Source of the DNA: a virus
Taxonomy: Duplodnaviria; Caudoviricetes
Direction: 5' to 3' (one strand)
DNA: 55,581 nt
Virus record (IMG/VR): IMGVR_UViG_3300032893_000059
Coordinates: 1-55,581 of that record
In this document: positions 44,866 through 53,122 of the stretch, piece by piece
Numbering within the stretch: the first letter of the stretch is position 1
How the letters are laid out: each line of letters begins with the position of its first letter
Program-made: the position numbers and the translations under genes
Notes under the pieces: model-generated
Seen by the model: only the letters and a program-made list of their open reading frames with translations
The model's database searches: none
What the model was told of the DNA's origin: nothing

Positions 44866-45861
44866 ATGAGTGCGCGGATGAAACTCTGGCTTTGCAACTT
44901 GGCGCTCCTGGCGCCAGCAACCTGGTTGTTCTGGAACCGCTTCACCGTCTTTTCTCAGCCGGGCACGTTGGCCCGAACCATGGCCGGAATGCGAGCGATC
45001 CTCGATGGCTCTGCTCCCACGCCCTACCGGTACCGTCCGCTGGTGGCATTCGTGTTCGTGCATGGGCAGCAGGCATTGTGGTCTCTTGGACTTCCACCAT
45101 TGCGAGCACACGAGGCCATAGCCAGCTTTCTCCTCGCTTTTGGCAGTGCAGGCCTTGTGACTGGGTTACGCGCGTGGCTGGACTGCTGGATCGAGGATGG
45201 CGCCCTAGCCGCTCTCGGCACATCGATCGCCTTGGTGCTCTTTCTTGGTCTATCGCCCAACCTTCAGGCAAACCCATGGCACCTGGTGGAAGACTCTCTG
45301 ACCTGCTGGGGCCTGGTGGCTATACGTCGCGGGCGCGTCGGGATCGCAATAGCTCTGCTAGTTCTGGCGGCCCTTACCCGAGAGACAGCTGTTTTCTTCG
45401 CCCTGGGAGCCGCGGTACTTACCTGCCGCCGGGGCTGGTGGCCCGTCGCAATGCTCGCGGTCTGGGGGGTGTGCTACGGGCTGCTTCGTCTGTGCGTGGG
45501 ACCAGGTGCGGACTACAACACGCTGGCGCAGCGAATGATGGAGAACCGCGCCCACGCTGGGCACTGGCTCGGCTTGTGGGCTCTGTTCCTCGCGCCTGTG
45601 CTGGCAATGGGTGTCTATCGCCTGGCCCAGACCCATCGACGCGGAGAATGGCACCAAGCACGTACGGCGCTTGCACTTGCTGCCGTCGGAGGCTGCTACC
45701 TCTGCGCGTTGCTACTCTTCACCTTTTGGGCCGAGATCCGCATCGCCCTGTGGATTTGGCTTGCGCCGGTCGCCCTAAGCGGCTGGAGCAGGAGAGCATT
45801 GTTGGCCGAAAGAGAGCAGCGAGCAACTTCTGCCCGGCCCCGACCGATAAGCCTGGCATGA
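44866..45861 (+). CDS. Polytopic membrane protein, GT-C glycosyltransferase-like (moron)
   Basis: Many TM segments; PYRYRPL loop; LAALTRETA motif; opposite strand to its neighbours. Confidence 0.65.
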   Translation: MSARMKLWLCNLALLAPATWLFWNRFTVFSQPGTLARTMAGMRAILDGSAPTPYRYRPLVAFVFVHGQQALWSLGLPPLRAHEAIASFLLAFGSAGLVTGLRAWLDCWIEDGALAALGTSIALVLFLGLSPNLQANPWHLVEDSLTCWGLVAIRRGRVGIAIALLVLAALTRETAVFFALGAAVLTCRRGWWPVAMLAVWGVCYGLLRLCVGPGADYNTLAQRMMENRAHAGHWLGLWALFLAPVLAMGVYRLAQTHRRGEWHQARTALALAAVGGCYLCALLLFTFWAEIRIALWIWLAPVALSGWSRRALLAEREQRATSARPRPISLA

Positions 45862-46132
45862 CCACCGACCTCAGAGCGATGGCCCAAGAGTCCTGCTTCG
45901 TCGCCTCGCTGGCTCTGGCGTCTTCCCAGATTGACCTGGCGGCAGCTGCTCTGGACGATGCCGTGGCGGCGCTGCGACTGCGGGCCGATGGCCCCAATCG
46001 AATCGCACCAGGTATCTCGGCCCGCTTGCAGGCCGGGCAGAACATCACGTGGCCGAGGTCTCTCAGCAGCTCCCCCACAGCGTTGGCCATGATGGAGTTG
46101 CAGGACCTCGAGGAGGGGCGGGCCTTGGGCAT
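45719..46132 (-). CDS. Hypothetical CxxC protein
   Basis: GAGGT RBS after the tRNA; 3' end overlaps the convergent gene. Confidence 0.35.
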   Translation of the reverse strand: MPKARPSSRSCNSIMANAVGELLRDLGHVMFCPACKRAEIPGAIRLGPSARSRSAATASSRAAAARSIWEDARASEATKQDSWAIALRSVVMPGLSVGAGQKLLAALFRPTMLSCSSRLGRPAQAKSTGRCGSRPKR

Positions 46133-46158
46133 CAGCGTGACCTCTGCTGCCGTGCTTG

Positions 46159-46231
46159 TTGCGGGCGCTGGATTCGAACCAGCGATGGGAGGGTATGAGC
46201 CTCCAGCCTTAGACCTCTGGGCGAGCCCGCA
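46159..46231 (-). tRNA. tRNA with CAT anticodon (Met, fMet-like or Ile2)
   Basis: Acceptor TGCGGGC/GCCCGCA; anticodon arm GGAGG-CTCATAC-CCTCC; T arm GCTGG-TTCGAAT-CCAGC; CCA not encoded. Confidence 0.85.
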
Positions 46232-46301
46232 GAACGTGACCGCCACCGCGCCTTGAGCAGGGGATTCTTGGGTCGGAGCAGTTTTGGCGCGCTGGCGGTC
46301 A

Positions 46302-46339
46302 CACCCAGGTACTTGGGCGGTGCTCCGCTTTTTCAGATC
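46302..46339 (-). promoter_or_regulatory. 38-bp conserved element, copy D
   Basis: GATCTGAAAA-agcggagca-CCGCCCAAGTACCTGGGTG, about 70 nt upstream of the tRNA. Confidence 0.75.
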
Positions 46340-46535
46340 AGGCCGCGCGAGATTCTTGCCTGAACGGTCGTTTCACCGCGGCCGGCGCCGTCGTCTCGTC
46401 GAACAGCTCCGCTTGGGCCAGCATGATGAGCTCGCGCCGCGCCTGGCGCTCGCGCATCTCTTCAGCACACGCCGGACAGTGGTAGGGGCAGGCCGCATCC
46501 GCGACCAGCGACTCGACTTGGATTCCCTTGGGCAT
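46338..46535 (-). CDS. Small Cys-containing hypothetical protein
   Basis: AGGAGGT RBS; CPYHCPAC. Confidence 0.6.
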   Translation of the reverse strand: MPKGIQVESLVADAACPYHCPACAEEMRERQARRELIMLAQAELFDETTAPAAVKRPFRQESRAA

Positions 46536-46788
46536 GACCTACCTCCTCTCTCGGACGTATGGTCACATACTGTCACCCAGAACGAGGGTAGGCAAGGCAC
46601 TAAAGAAAGGCGCGTCAATTCCGCACCAAACTAGAGCCGCTATGTGGCTCCAGAAGGGCCGTACTTCCTCTTTTTCGACCCTAAACAAGGTGGCAGAAGA
46701 GGAAGTGAGGGGAGAAGGGAACGGGAGATCGGTCGATTTCCGCGCAAGCTCGCGCAAGCATTCAACTGTGGGGGTATCGAGCAGCGAC

Positions 46789-48024
46789 TTAGAGATCGCC
46801 TCCCAGCTCGCAAGTGGCCATTGTGCAGCCGCGACGAGCGACATCCGCAAAGCGAGTCTGCCACTCAGCGCCGGTGCCGGCTGGCATGCTGTCGACCAGC
46901 TGCCGAATGAATTCCCGGCTGCGGTCGGGCAGGAAGGCCGCCCCCATTGCCAACACCTCAGTTCGCCCCATGCTACCTATCTCGACTCGCAGGTTCACCC
47001 GTCCATCGCGAATGAGAGCGGAGTCCAGGCGATCAATGTGGTTCGTGGTCATCACCAGCACTCGCCCTTCGGCTGCGCCAATGCCATCGAGGGCATTCAG
47101 CACGGCTGATAGGGTGGGTCCCTTGTTTGCTTGGACGGTCTTGACGTCCGCAGGGCCGGAGCCATCAGGGGCCGGAGGCTTGGCCTCATCGCGCTTCGCC
47201 ACTGAGGTGTCCACATCCTCGATCAGCAGGATCGACCTTGTTCCCACGTTGGCGAGAGCCCGCTTCAGCGCGTTGTCGCTGTCGAGGTCGGCTGGATTGA
47301 GAATGTAGATCGTCAAGTCGAACACGCCAGCGATGGCCTGCACCAGCGATGTCTTACCGGTTCCCGGAGGGCCGTACAGCAGCAATCCCGTTCGGTACGG
47401 GATTCCGCGGTCGGTGAACCATTGGCGGTTGTCGAGGTACCACCCAACGTGAGAGAGAATCTCCTCCTTCACGGCGCTGGAGATGAACACGGAGTCGAGC
47501 TTGCGGTGCTCGCGCTTGGAAAGCATGGTCCAGTTTCCCCACGAGTCGCAGGTCAGGACGCGGAGCGATCCGCGCGTCTCCGAGTAGTCCAGGATCTGGC
47601 GGTAGATTCTTTCGATGGAGCGGCGGCCGAAGTCCAAGGTCGAAATGACGATCTTCTCTCTGCTGCCCCCGCTGGGTCCTGCCAGCTTCTCATTCTCCTC
47701 GCGAGTGATGCGCATCGGCCTGCCGTTCTCCCAGAACCAGTGGGAGCCGTACCCGGGCACGATGATCATCCGCTCGCCGTTGCGGTATGTGTAGGACAGC
47801 TTCACGCGTTTGGCCTTGGCCGAGTAGGTACGGTCGGCCAGCCATTCCTCGGTCCAGCCAAACGCCGGGCTGTTGTCGCTGATGGCGATCTCGGCGGTAG
47901 CTCGCTTGATGAAGAGGTCGAGTGCCTTCGCGGGCAGACTGCGCAGGAGATACATCAGCGCGCCCGAGAGTATGAGCCCGGCCGCACCGGCAAGGACTGG
48001 GTTCGTCAGAAGCAGTTCTTTCAC
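46789..48024 (-). CDS. BCS1-like membrane-anchored AAA+ ATPase
   Basis: N-terminal TM; PGYGSHWFW; RGIPYRTGLLLYGPPGTGKTS; LLIEDVD; LNALDG; MTTNH..LD.ALIR.GR. Confidence 0.88.
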   Translation of the reverse strand: MKELLLTNPVLAGAAGLILSGALMYLLRSLPAKALDLFIKRATAEIAISDNSPAFGWTEEWLADRTYSAKAKRVKLSYTYRNGERMIIVPGYGSHWFWENGRPMRITREENEKLAGPSGGSREKIVISTLDFGRRSIERIYRQILDYSETRGSLRVLTCDSWGNWTMLSKREHRKLDSVFISSAVKEEILSHVGWYLDNRQWFTDRGIPYRTGLLLYGPPGTGKTSLVQAIAGVFDLTIYILNPADLDSDNALKRALANVGTRSILLIEDVDTSVAKRDEAKPPAPDGSGPADVKTVQANKGPTLSAVLNALDGIGAAEGRVLVMTTNHIDRLDSALIRDGRVNLRVEIGSMGRTEVLAMGAAFLPDRSREFIRQLVDSMPAGTGAEWQTRFADVARRGCTMATCELGGDL

Positions 48025-48030
48025 CGGTTC

Positions 48031-48546
48031 CTACCTGCCACTGAGCCGCCACATCTTGCGCCCGAGCTCGGCCAGCAGGGAAGCCTCGGCGCGGCCGTCG
48101 AGCAGCCCCCCACGAGGGCCACGAAACAGATGGGCCGCCGTCGGGAATACGCGCTCGGCCTGTTCTACGGACGACTCCTTGCCCTTCGGCAGGCCCGCCA
48201 GCATCATCGGCTTCCACTTGGAGGGCGGATACAGGTGAGGCCTTATCCCGCGGCTGGCCAGCTCGCGCCTCCATGCCCCATAGCTGGCGCCGAGCTTGAA
48301 AGCCGAGTTGGTGTCGTGCGCGACCGGCCTGCCCTTGATCGCGTGGGGCATTGGGCGCACTTCCTCGATCGAGACGTCGAGGCACTTGTCGAGCCCCAGT
48401 AGGGCGTCGAAGATGCTCCCCATTGCGTCGTAGTCCAGCTGCTCGTTCTCGTCCAGTGGCTGGTCACGGACGAGCACCACCCTGCGCTCCTGGTTGATGG
48501 CGAAGGTAGCACCGTGCTTTCCGCAGTCGATGCCGACAAAGAGCAT
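48031..48546 (-). CDS. RuvC-like Holliday junction resolvase
   Basis: GIDCG..GA, IEEV, SAFKLG.SYG, P.KWK and DGRAEA.LLA motifs. Confidence 0.85.
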   Translation of the reverse strand: MLFVGIDCGKHGATFAINQERRVVLVRDQPLDENEQLDYDAMGSIFDALLGLDKCLDVSIEEVRPMPHAIKGRPVAHDTNSAFKLGASYGAWRRELASRGIRPHLYPPSKWKPMMLAGLPKGKESSVEQAERVFPTAAHLFRGPRGGLLDGRAEASLLAELGRKMWRLSGR

Positions 48547-48752
48547 CAGCGCCGCGCTCCTCCTGTCTTGCCCATGCCGTTCTTGGTGAGATGCCACTGG
48601 CCGCAGAACCGGCAGTGGTACGGCTTCTCCGTCCACACCTTGCCGGTGCGGGCAGCCTCCTTGCGGGTAGCGAATGCGACCTTGCCAGTGCAGCCGCGGT
48701 CGCGCTGGTGGAGCTGGTTTGCGTACGGGCGGAGGGCGTCGGCCATGTTCAT
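48546..48752 (-). CDS. Small Zn-finger protein
   Basis: C.GK..F.T...A...Y.C.FC..WHLT. Confidence 0.7.
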   Translation of the reverse strand: MNMADALRPYANQLHQRDRGCTGKVAFATRKEAARTGKVWTEKPYHCRFCGQWHLTKNGMGKTGGARR

Positions 48753-49021
48753 GAGGCGTCGCCCCTGCACTGCGACTTCGGTGGCGTCTTGAGGATGCGC
48801 CAGCCCGCCTCCATGCTCCAGAGCACCCAGCGCTTCCCGTGGTCGGTGGTCGCCTCCCACATGTGGCCGATCCTGCCTCGGTAGCAATCCACCCTGGCCA
48901 CGACCAAATGCGCCCCGTCGGGCAGCCGCACACTGCTCAACCGCCTCACGACGGCGCTCTGGCCACGAAAGATGCTGTTCGAGCCCTGGTGTTTTGGCTG
49001 CTGCTGTTGCTGCGTGGGCAT
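48749..49021 (-). CDS. Hypothetical protein
   Basis: Operon packing (ATGA overlap). Confidence 0.55.
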   Translation of the reverse strand: MPTQQQQQPKHQGSNSIFRGQSAVVRRLSSVRLPDGAHLVVARVDCYRGRIGHMWEATTDHGKRWVLWSMEAGWRILKTPPKSQCRGDAS

Positions 49022-49024
49022 GCT

Positions 49025-49645
49025 TCACCTCACGTTGGCTGAATGAAGTCGTGCGAGTGTCCCTGCGCTCTGCTGAGCACGAACAGCGAGACCCGGTGCA
49101 CGTGGCCACTGGCATCGACATCGGTCTGGCCATCGCCGAAGAAATCGACCTTGGCTGTGTGGCGGTGGCTGCGCGCCGTGCTGGTAGTGAGGGTGGCGCG
49201 CTTGGTCTTCTGGCCGCCCTGCTGCCGTTTCACTTCGGCGCGCAGCTCGTCTCCGGTTGCGCCGCCGGGTCTCCTCATCGTCAGGTCCCTTGAGGGGAAT
49301 CGGGTAGAGCCCTTGCCTTTCAAGCTTGTAGCGGTCCTGGCTTACCGTCGAGCCAGAGACGCCGACCTCCTTCGCGATCTGGCCGACGGTCTTGTCTTCG
49401 TGGAGTAGGGCCAGCACGCGCTCACGACGTGCCTGCACGGTCATCTCGAAGGACAGGCCGAGGGAACGATCGATCTCGTCCTTGAAATCCTGCACCTTCT
49501 GCTCTGCCGTGGCCAGCGCGGCTCGGAATTGCTCCTCGGCTACGCGCCAGCCCTCTTTGATGGTCTCGACCTCGGCCTCGCGGCGCTTCAGTTCCGCCTT
49601 CAGAGATGCCAGGGCCTCGATGGGTGAGATGGTTTTGTCCGTCAT
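49025..49645 (-). CDS. Coiled-coil + HTH protein, probably frameshifted before a His-rich C-terminal domain
   Basis: KTVGQIAKEVGVSGSTVSQD; the +1 frame from about 49270 to 49030 encodes HRH/GHVH/GHSH. Confidence 0.6.
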   Translation of the reverse strand: MTDKTISPIEALASLKAELKRREAEVETIKEGWRVAEEQFRAALATAEQKVQDFKDEIDRSLGLSFEMTVQARRERVLALLHEDKTVGQIAKEVGVSGSTVSQDRYKLERQGLYPIPLKGPDDEETRRRNRRRAARRSETAAGRPEDQARHPHYQHGAQPPPHSQGRFLRRWPDRCRCQWPRAPGLAVRAQQSAGTLARLHSANVR

Positions 49646-49860
49646 GTCAGCTCCGCAAACGCTTCCGCCGGCAACCCAGCCGGCAGAACCACCGGCACCA
49701 CCTTGCCGGTCACGATCACCCGCTGGCCGCATTGCTGGCACGTCCCCGCGCGCCCGTCCCAGGCAAGGTCATCGCTGCGGCACTCGGGACAGCGGCCGTC
49801 AAACTTGCTGGCGCGGAGAACGAGAGTCATGCGAGGGGCAGCGGTGCGGGCGGGTGTCAT
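49642..49860 (-). CDS. Small Zn-ribbon protein
   Basis: CPEC...CQQC; ATGA overlaps. Confidence 0.65.
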   Translation of the reverse strand: MTPARTAAPRMTLVLRASKFDGRCPECRSDDLAWDGRAGTCQQCGQRVIVTGKVVPVVLPAGLPAEAFAELT

Positions 49861-50391
49861 TCAGCACACCTCCCGAGTAGGCCGGTCTGCACTGGCCTCC
49901 AGATGACGATCACCGACGCAAAGAATCCCGATGCGCGGTACGGACCTCCGGTCAGGAAACGCACGCGCCCGCGGATGTATCGGACCTCGGCGTGGCCAAC
50001 CACGTCCTCGTGCCACCATGCCAGATCGCACGATGCCGGAAGAAGCCCTACAACGAGCGCCCCCCCCCCGAGCCTCTTCACGTGCCTTGCGGGTCCAAGC
50101 GTAGATTTCACGCCCGTAGGGCGGATTCATGAACACGCGCTCGCCGGCCCACGACTTCGTCAAGCCGTCGTCGCGCTCCGTGTAGAAGCGCCCGCATTTC
50201 GACGTGGCCATGGAGGAGCAGCACGGATCGAGCGTGAATCCAAACTCACGGTTGAGCGGGTCGAATACCTCGGGAGGCGTTCCCCAGTTGCGCCCGTTGC
50301 CGTTGTAGCGGCCGTTGTTCTTCGCGCGCATGCCACCGACCGCCGCAGGGTTCGCCGAGGCACCGATGGTCATGCGCGCGGGTGTGGGCAT
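49857..50391 (-). pseudogene. dam: Phage-type DNA N6-adenine methyltransferase split by a G10 tract
   Basis: W.TP...LDPC...FMNPPY in one frame; LVVGLLPA..D..WWH...IRGRVRF in the +1 frame. Confidence 0.85.
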
Positions 50392-50393
50392 GG

Positions 50394-51215
50394 CTAGAAG
50401 GCGCAGCCGGGGGGCGGGGTGGTGTCGACGCCGTTGGGGTTCTTCTTGCCCCGCTTGCGAGACTTCTTCGCCTCGGCATGCTCTTGCAGGGTGGCCGTGA
50501 GCGGCTCCTGGCCTGGCTTCGTCTCGTCCCCGGCGCCGTCCGTTTCGCCTTCGGCCGGTTTCGTCTCGCCGGCCTTCTGCGGCCAGCGCCAGATCTGCGC
50601 CTCAATCGGGATGTGCATCGGCTCGGCCTCGCCCTCGACCTCCACGTCGAGCACGCTGCCGCTGCTGGGCAGGACCTTGCCGGGCTTCCAGCCGGCCCGG
50701 GTCTCAACCTCGATTGCGTCACCGGCGACGGGCGTCTTGCGCTCGCCGGGCTTGCCGTCGCCGACCTTCTTCGCGTTCTTCACCTCGCCCTTGTCCTTCT
50801 TGTGGTCGACGCCGAACATCTCCCGCTGGCGCTCCTCGTAGCTCATCGCCCGCGTCGAAATGACCTCCTTGGTGTCGGCGCGAACCACCTGCACCTCGTT
50901 GGTGCGCCAGTTGTAGATCACGTCGACGTCGAGCTCGCGGTCCTGGGTGCCAGCGCGAATGATGTCGGCCAGCTTCTTGGCGGCTTCCTCGAGCAGGGCA
51001 ATGTCGCCCTTGATGGCAGCGTCGGCGGTCTTCTTTTCCTCTTCCTTCGCCGCGATCTTGTCCAGCGTCTCCACGTGCTCAGTGGAGATCTTCGCTTTCT
51101 CCTTGTCGGTGAGTTTCACCGGGATGGTCCGCTTCTCGCGGCGGCTCATCACGTCCTTGTCCTTCGTCTTCACTGTCTTCTTCTCTCCGTCACTCTTCTT
51201 TGCCTTGGCTACCAT
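50394..51215 (-). CDS. Charged hypothetical protein
   Basis: 273 aa, Lys/Glu-rich, AAGGAG RBS. Confidence 0.75.
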   Translation of the reverse strand: MVAKAKKSDGEKKTVKTKDKDVMSRREKRTIPVKLTDKEKAKISTEHVETLDKIAAKEEEKKTADAAIKGDIALLEEAAKKLADIIRAGTQDRELDVDVIYNWRTNEVQVVRADTKEVISTRAMSYEERQREMFGVDHKKDKGEVKNAKKVGDGKPGERKTPVAGDAIEVETRAGWKPGKVLPSSGSVLDVEVEGEAEPMHIPIEAQIWRWPQKAGETKPAEGETDGAGDETKPGQEPLTATLQEHAEAKKSRKRGKKNPNGVDTTPPPGCAF

Positions 51216-51243
51216 GGGGCTCCTTTTGGGGTTGTGGGTTCGG

Positions 51244-51732
51244 CTATCGCTTCCAACGCCAGGCGGACACGCCGCCGACGATGTTGCTGTACACCGCGAT
51301 CACGAGGTCTTTCGGGTACCCTTGCGAGTGACCCACGAAGGTCACCCGCGGGGTCAGCTGCACCACGTGCGCACGGTTCCACACGTATCGCAGGTACCAG
51401 TTCGCGCCGGTCGCCGCGGGCAACAGCACGAAGATGCGTCCCTCGCGGTTGCGCTGGGCCTGACACTTGGCCACCCACGGCTCGAGGTTCGCAAAAGGCG
51501 GATTCAGCCAGCAGTCGCCGTTGATGGGCCACTCGGCCGCCAGGGAATCCTCGCCGAGCTTCGAGCCTGGCCCGAAGTACTGTGACTGCACAGAGGCGAC
51601 CGAATTGCTTGCGGTGGCTGCCAGGTCCATTCGCCAGGACAGCACGCGAAACTGGTCGGCGATGGCGGCCAGCAGCTCGGGCGGGGTGCACACGTCCTGG
51701 ACGGAGCGGTGGGGCTTTTGCTGGGGGGCCAT
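51244..51732 (-). CDS. dam: Phage-type DNA N6-adenine methyltransferase (intact)
   Basis: TPP...DLAA..N...WLNPPF...WV.K...LLPA. Confidence 0.88.
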   Translation of the reverse strand: MAPQQKPHRSVQDVCTPPELLAAIADQFRVLSWRMDLAATASNSVASVQSQYFGPGSKLGEDSLAAEWPINGDCWLNPPFANLEPWVAKCQAQRNREGRIFVLLPAATGANWYLRYVWNRAHVVQLTPRVTFVGHSQGYPKDLVIAVYSNIVGGVSAWRWKR

Positions 51733-51744
51733 CAGAACAGCTCC

Positions 51745-51930
51745 TCACTCGCGCTTATCTCGCCACGCCCAGTGACCAACTCCAGCGCACGCAGGCGGGA
51801 CAAGTATGATGACGGCGGCCCCGTTACTCTTGCCGCCACCCCGCATGCCGAGAGACGCGACTACCTCGGTGGCAAACTCTGCCGCGGGGAACGACAGACC
51901 GCGCGCCATGCTCACTGTTTTGCTCGTCAC
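51745..51930 (-). pseudogene. Probable N-terminal remnant of a HerA/DUF87-like ATPase
   Basis: VVASLGMRGGGKSNGAAVI P-loop in a 61-aa ORF. Confidence 0.45.
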
Positions 51931-52421
51931 GACTGCCCTCCTTGCCTTGAACCCGCGAGCATCCCCAGCACACGCCGGCTGTAGCTGCTTTCTCGGCAGT
52001 GCCGCCACCCGGCGTAGACACTCAATCCGCCGGCAGTGAATCCGCACAGCGTGAGACAGCGGGCCAGATGCTTGGCCGCGGCCTCGACGTTGGTGGCCGG
52101 GTCGCGTAGCTGCTCCAGCGTGTATCCGCGCGCCGCGCTTCCCGATGGAAGAATCTGGCCCAGGCTCAGCTCGCCGCGCGCACCGACGGCGTCCTTGCGG
52201 CAGCGCGACTCGGCGGCGATGAGTGAAGCCAGGAGCGTCGGCCGTAGCAAGAACCGATGCGATGACTCGCGCACGAGTGGCGCGATCTCGGTTCCGCGGC
52301 GGCCGCACAGGTCACGGAGGACTCGGTCGAGCGTGTCGGCGCGGGCGGGTCCGCAGGTCGCGGATGTACAGATGGCGGTTCCAAGTACACCGACGAGCAG
52401 GCGAAGAAGTACAAGCAGCAT
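51927..52421 (-). CDS. SLT-domain lytic transglycosylase with N-terminal signal/TM
   Basis: LIAAES....AV...G..GQI...DPATNV.AA..L. Confidence 0.88.
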   Translation of the reverse strand: MLLVLLRLLVGVLGTAICTSATCGPARADTLDRVLRDLCGRRGTEIAPLVRESSHRFLLRPTLLASLIAAESRCRKDAVGARGELSLGQILPSGSAARGYTLEQLRDPATNVEAAAKHLARCLTLCGFTAGGLSVYAGWRHCRESSYSRRVLGMLAGSRQGGQS

Positions 52422-52423
52422 GG

Positions 52424-53122
52424 CTATGCAGCCTCCTTCAGCACCACCAGGTGCTTCCCGCGACGGCCCACCATGGCCATTGCGCGGTCGATGGTATCGC
52501 TTGGGATCCGCCAGTGGCGTTTGTGGCCCGGCTTCGGTGGCAATGGCAGCCCTGACACCAGCAGCCTATCGACGATGGTCTCGGCGGCGAGCCCTAGCCG
52601 GCGCGACGCTGCCTCCGGCGTCTCCGTCGCGAGCCAAGCCGCGACCGCATCGTCGACCCGCTCGGGATTCACGAAAAACCGCCGGCATGTGCCGGACACA
52701 CGACGTCGTATCACCTTCTCGACGTGCACACCAGCCCAGCGGAGAATCATCCGCAAGGTGCTGGTAGCGAATCCAGCTCGCGTGGCCGCGTCTGACAGAT
52801 ACTCGTAGCCCCGCGGGCAGCCAAGGCCGAGCCCGAGGCGCTGTGCCCGCCAGTAGGTCGTCATCGCGCTCCGCCCGAGCTTGCTGGCTACCGTGGCCAG
52901 CGAGCAGCTTCCCCAGAGCAGCATCAGGTGGCGCTCGTCGGCGCGGGTCCAGAGGCGGCGCTTTTTCACGCCTAGCTTGTGCCATCGGTGGAAGACTGCG
53001 GACACCGACCTGCCAGGAAGGCTCGCGGCGATGTCCTTGGCCTCGAGGCGTGGCCCAAGCTCGAGGATGATGGCGTCCTCGGCTGGGGTCCAGTGCGGGC
53101 CCTTGCGTGCGCCGGGGTTCAT
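52424..53122 (-). CDS. Tandem Myb/SANT-like HTH DNA-binding protein
   Basis: WTPAED..I...LPGRS..AV..RW and WT.ADE..L...LGRS repeats. Confidence 0.75.
   Translation of the reverse strand: MNPGARKGPHWTPAEDAIILELGPRLEAKDIAASLPGRSVSAVFHRWHKLGVKKRRLWTRADERHLMLLWGSCSLATVASKLGRSAMTTYWRAQRLGLGLGCPRGYEYLSDAATRAGFATSTLRMILRWAGVHVEKVIRRRVSGTCRRFFVNPERVDDAVAAWLATETPEAASRRLGLAAETIVDRLLVSGLPLPPKPGHKRHWRIPSDTIDRAMAMVGRRGKHLVVLKEAA

Noticed and set aside
4252-46339. 38-bp elements as a CRISPR array
   Set aside because: The copies are kilobases apart, there are no regular spacers, and there is no cas operon
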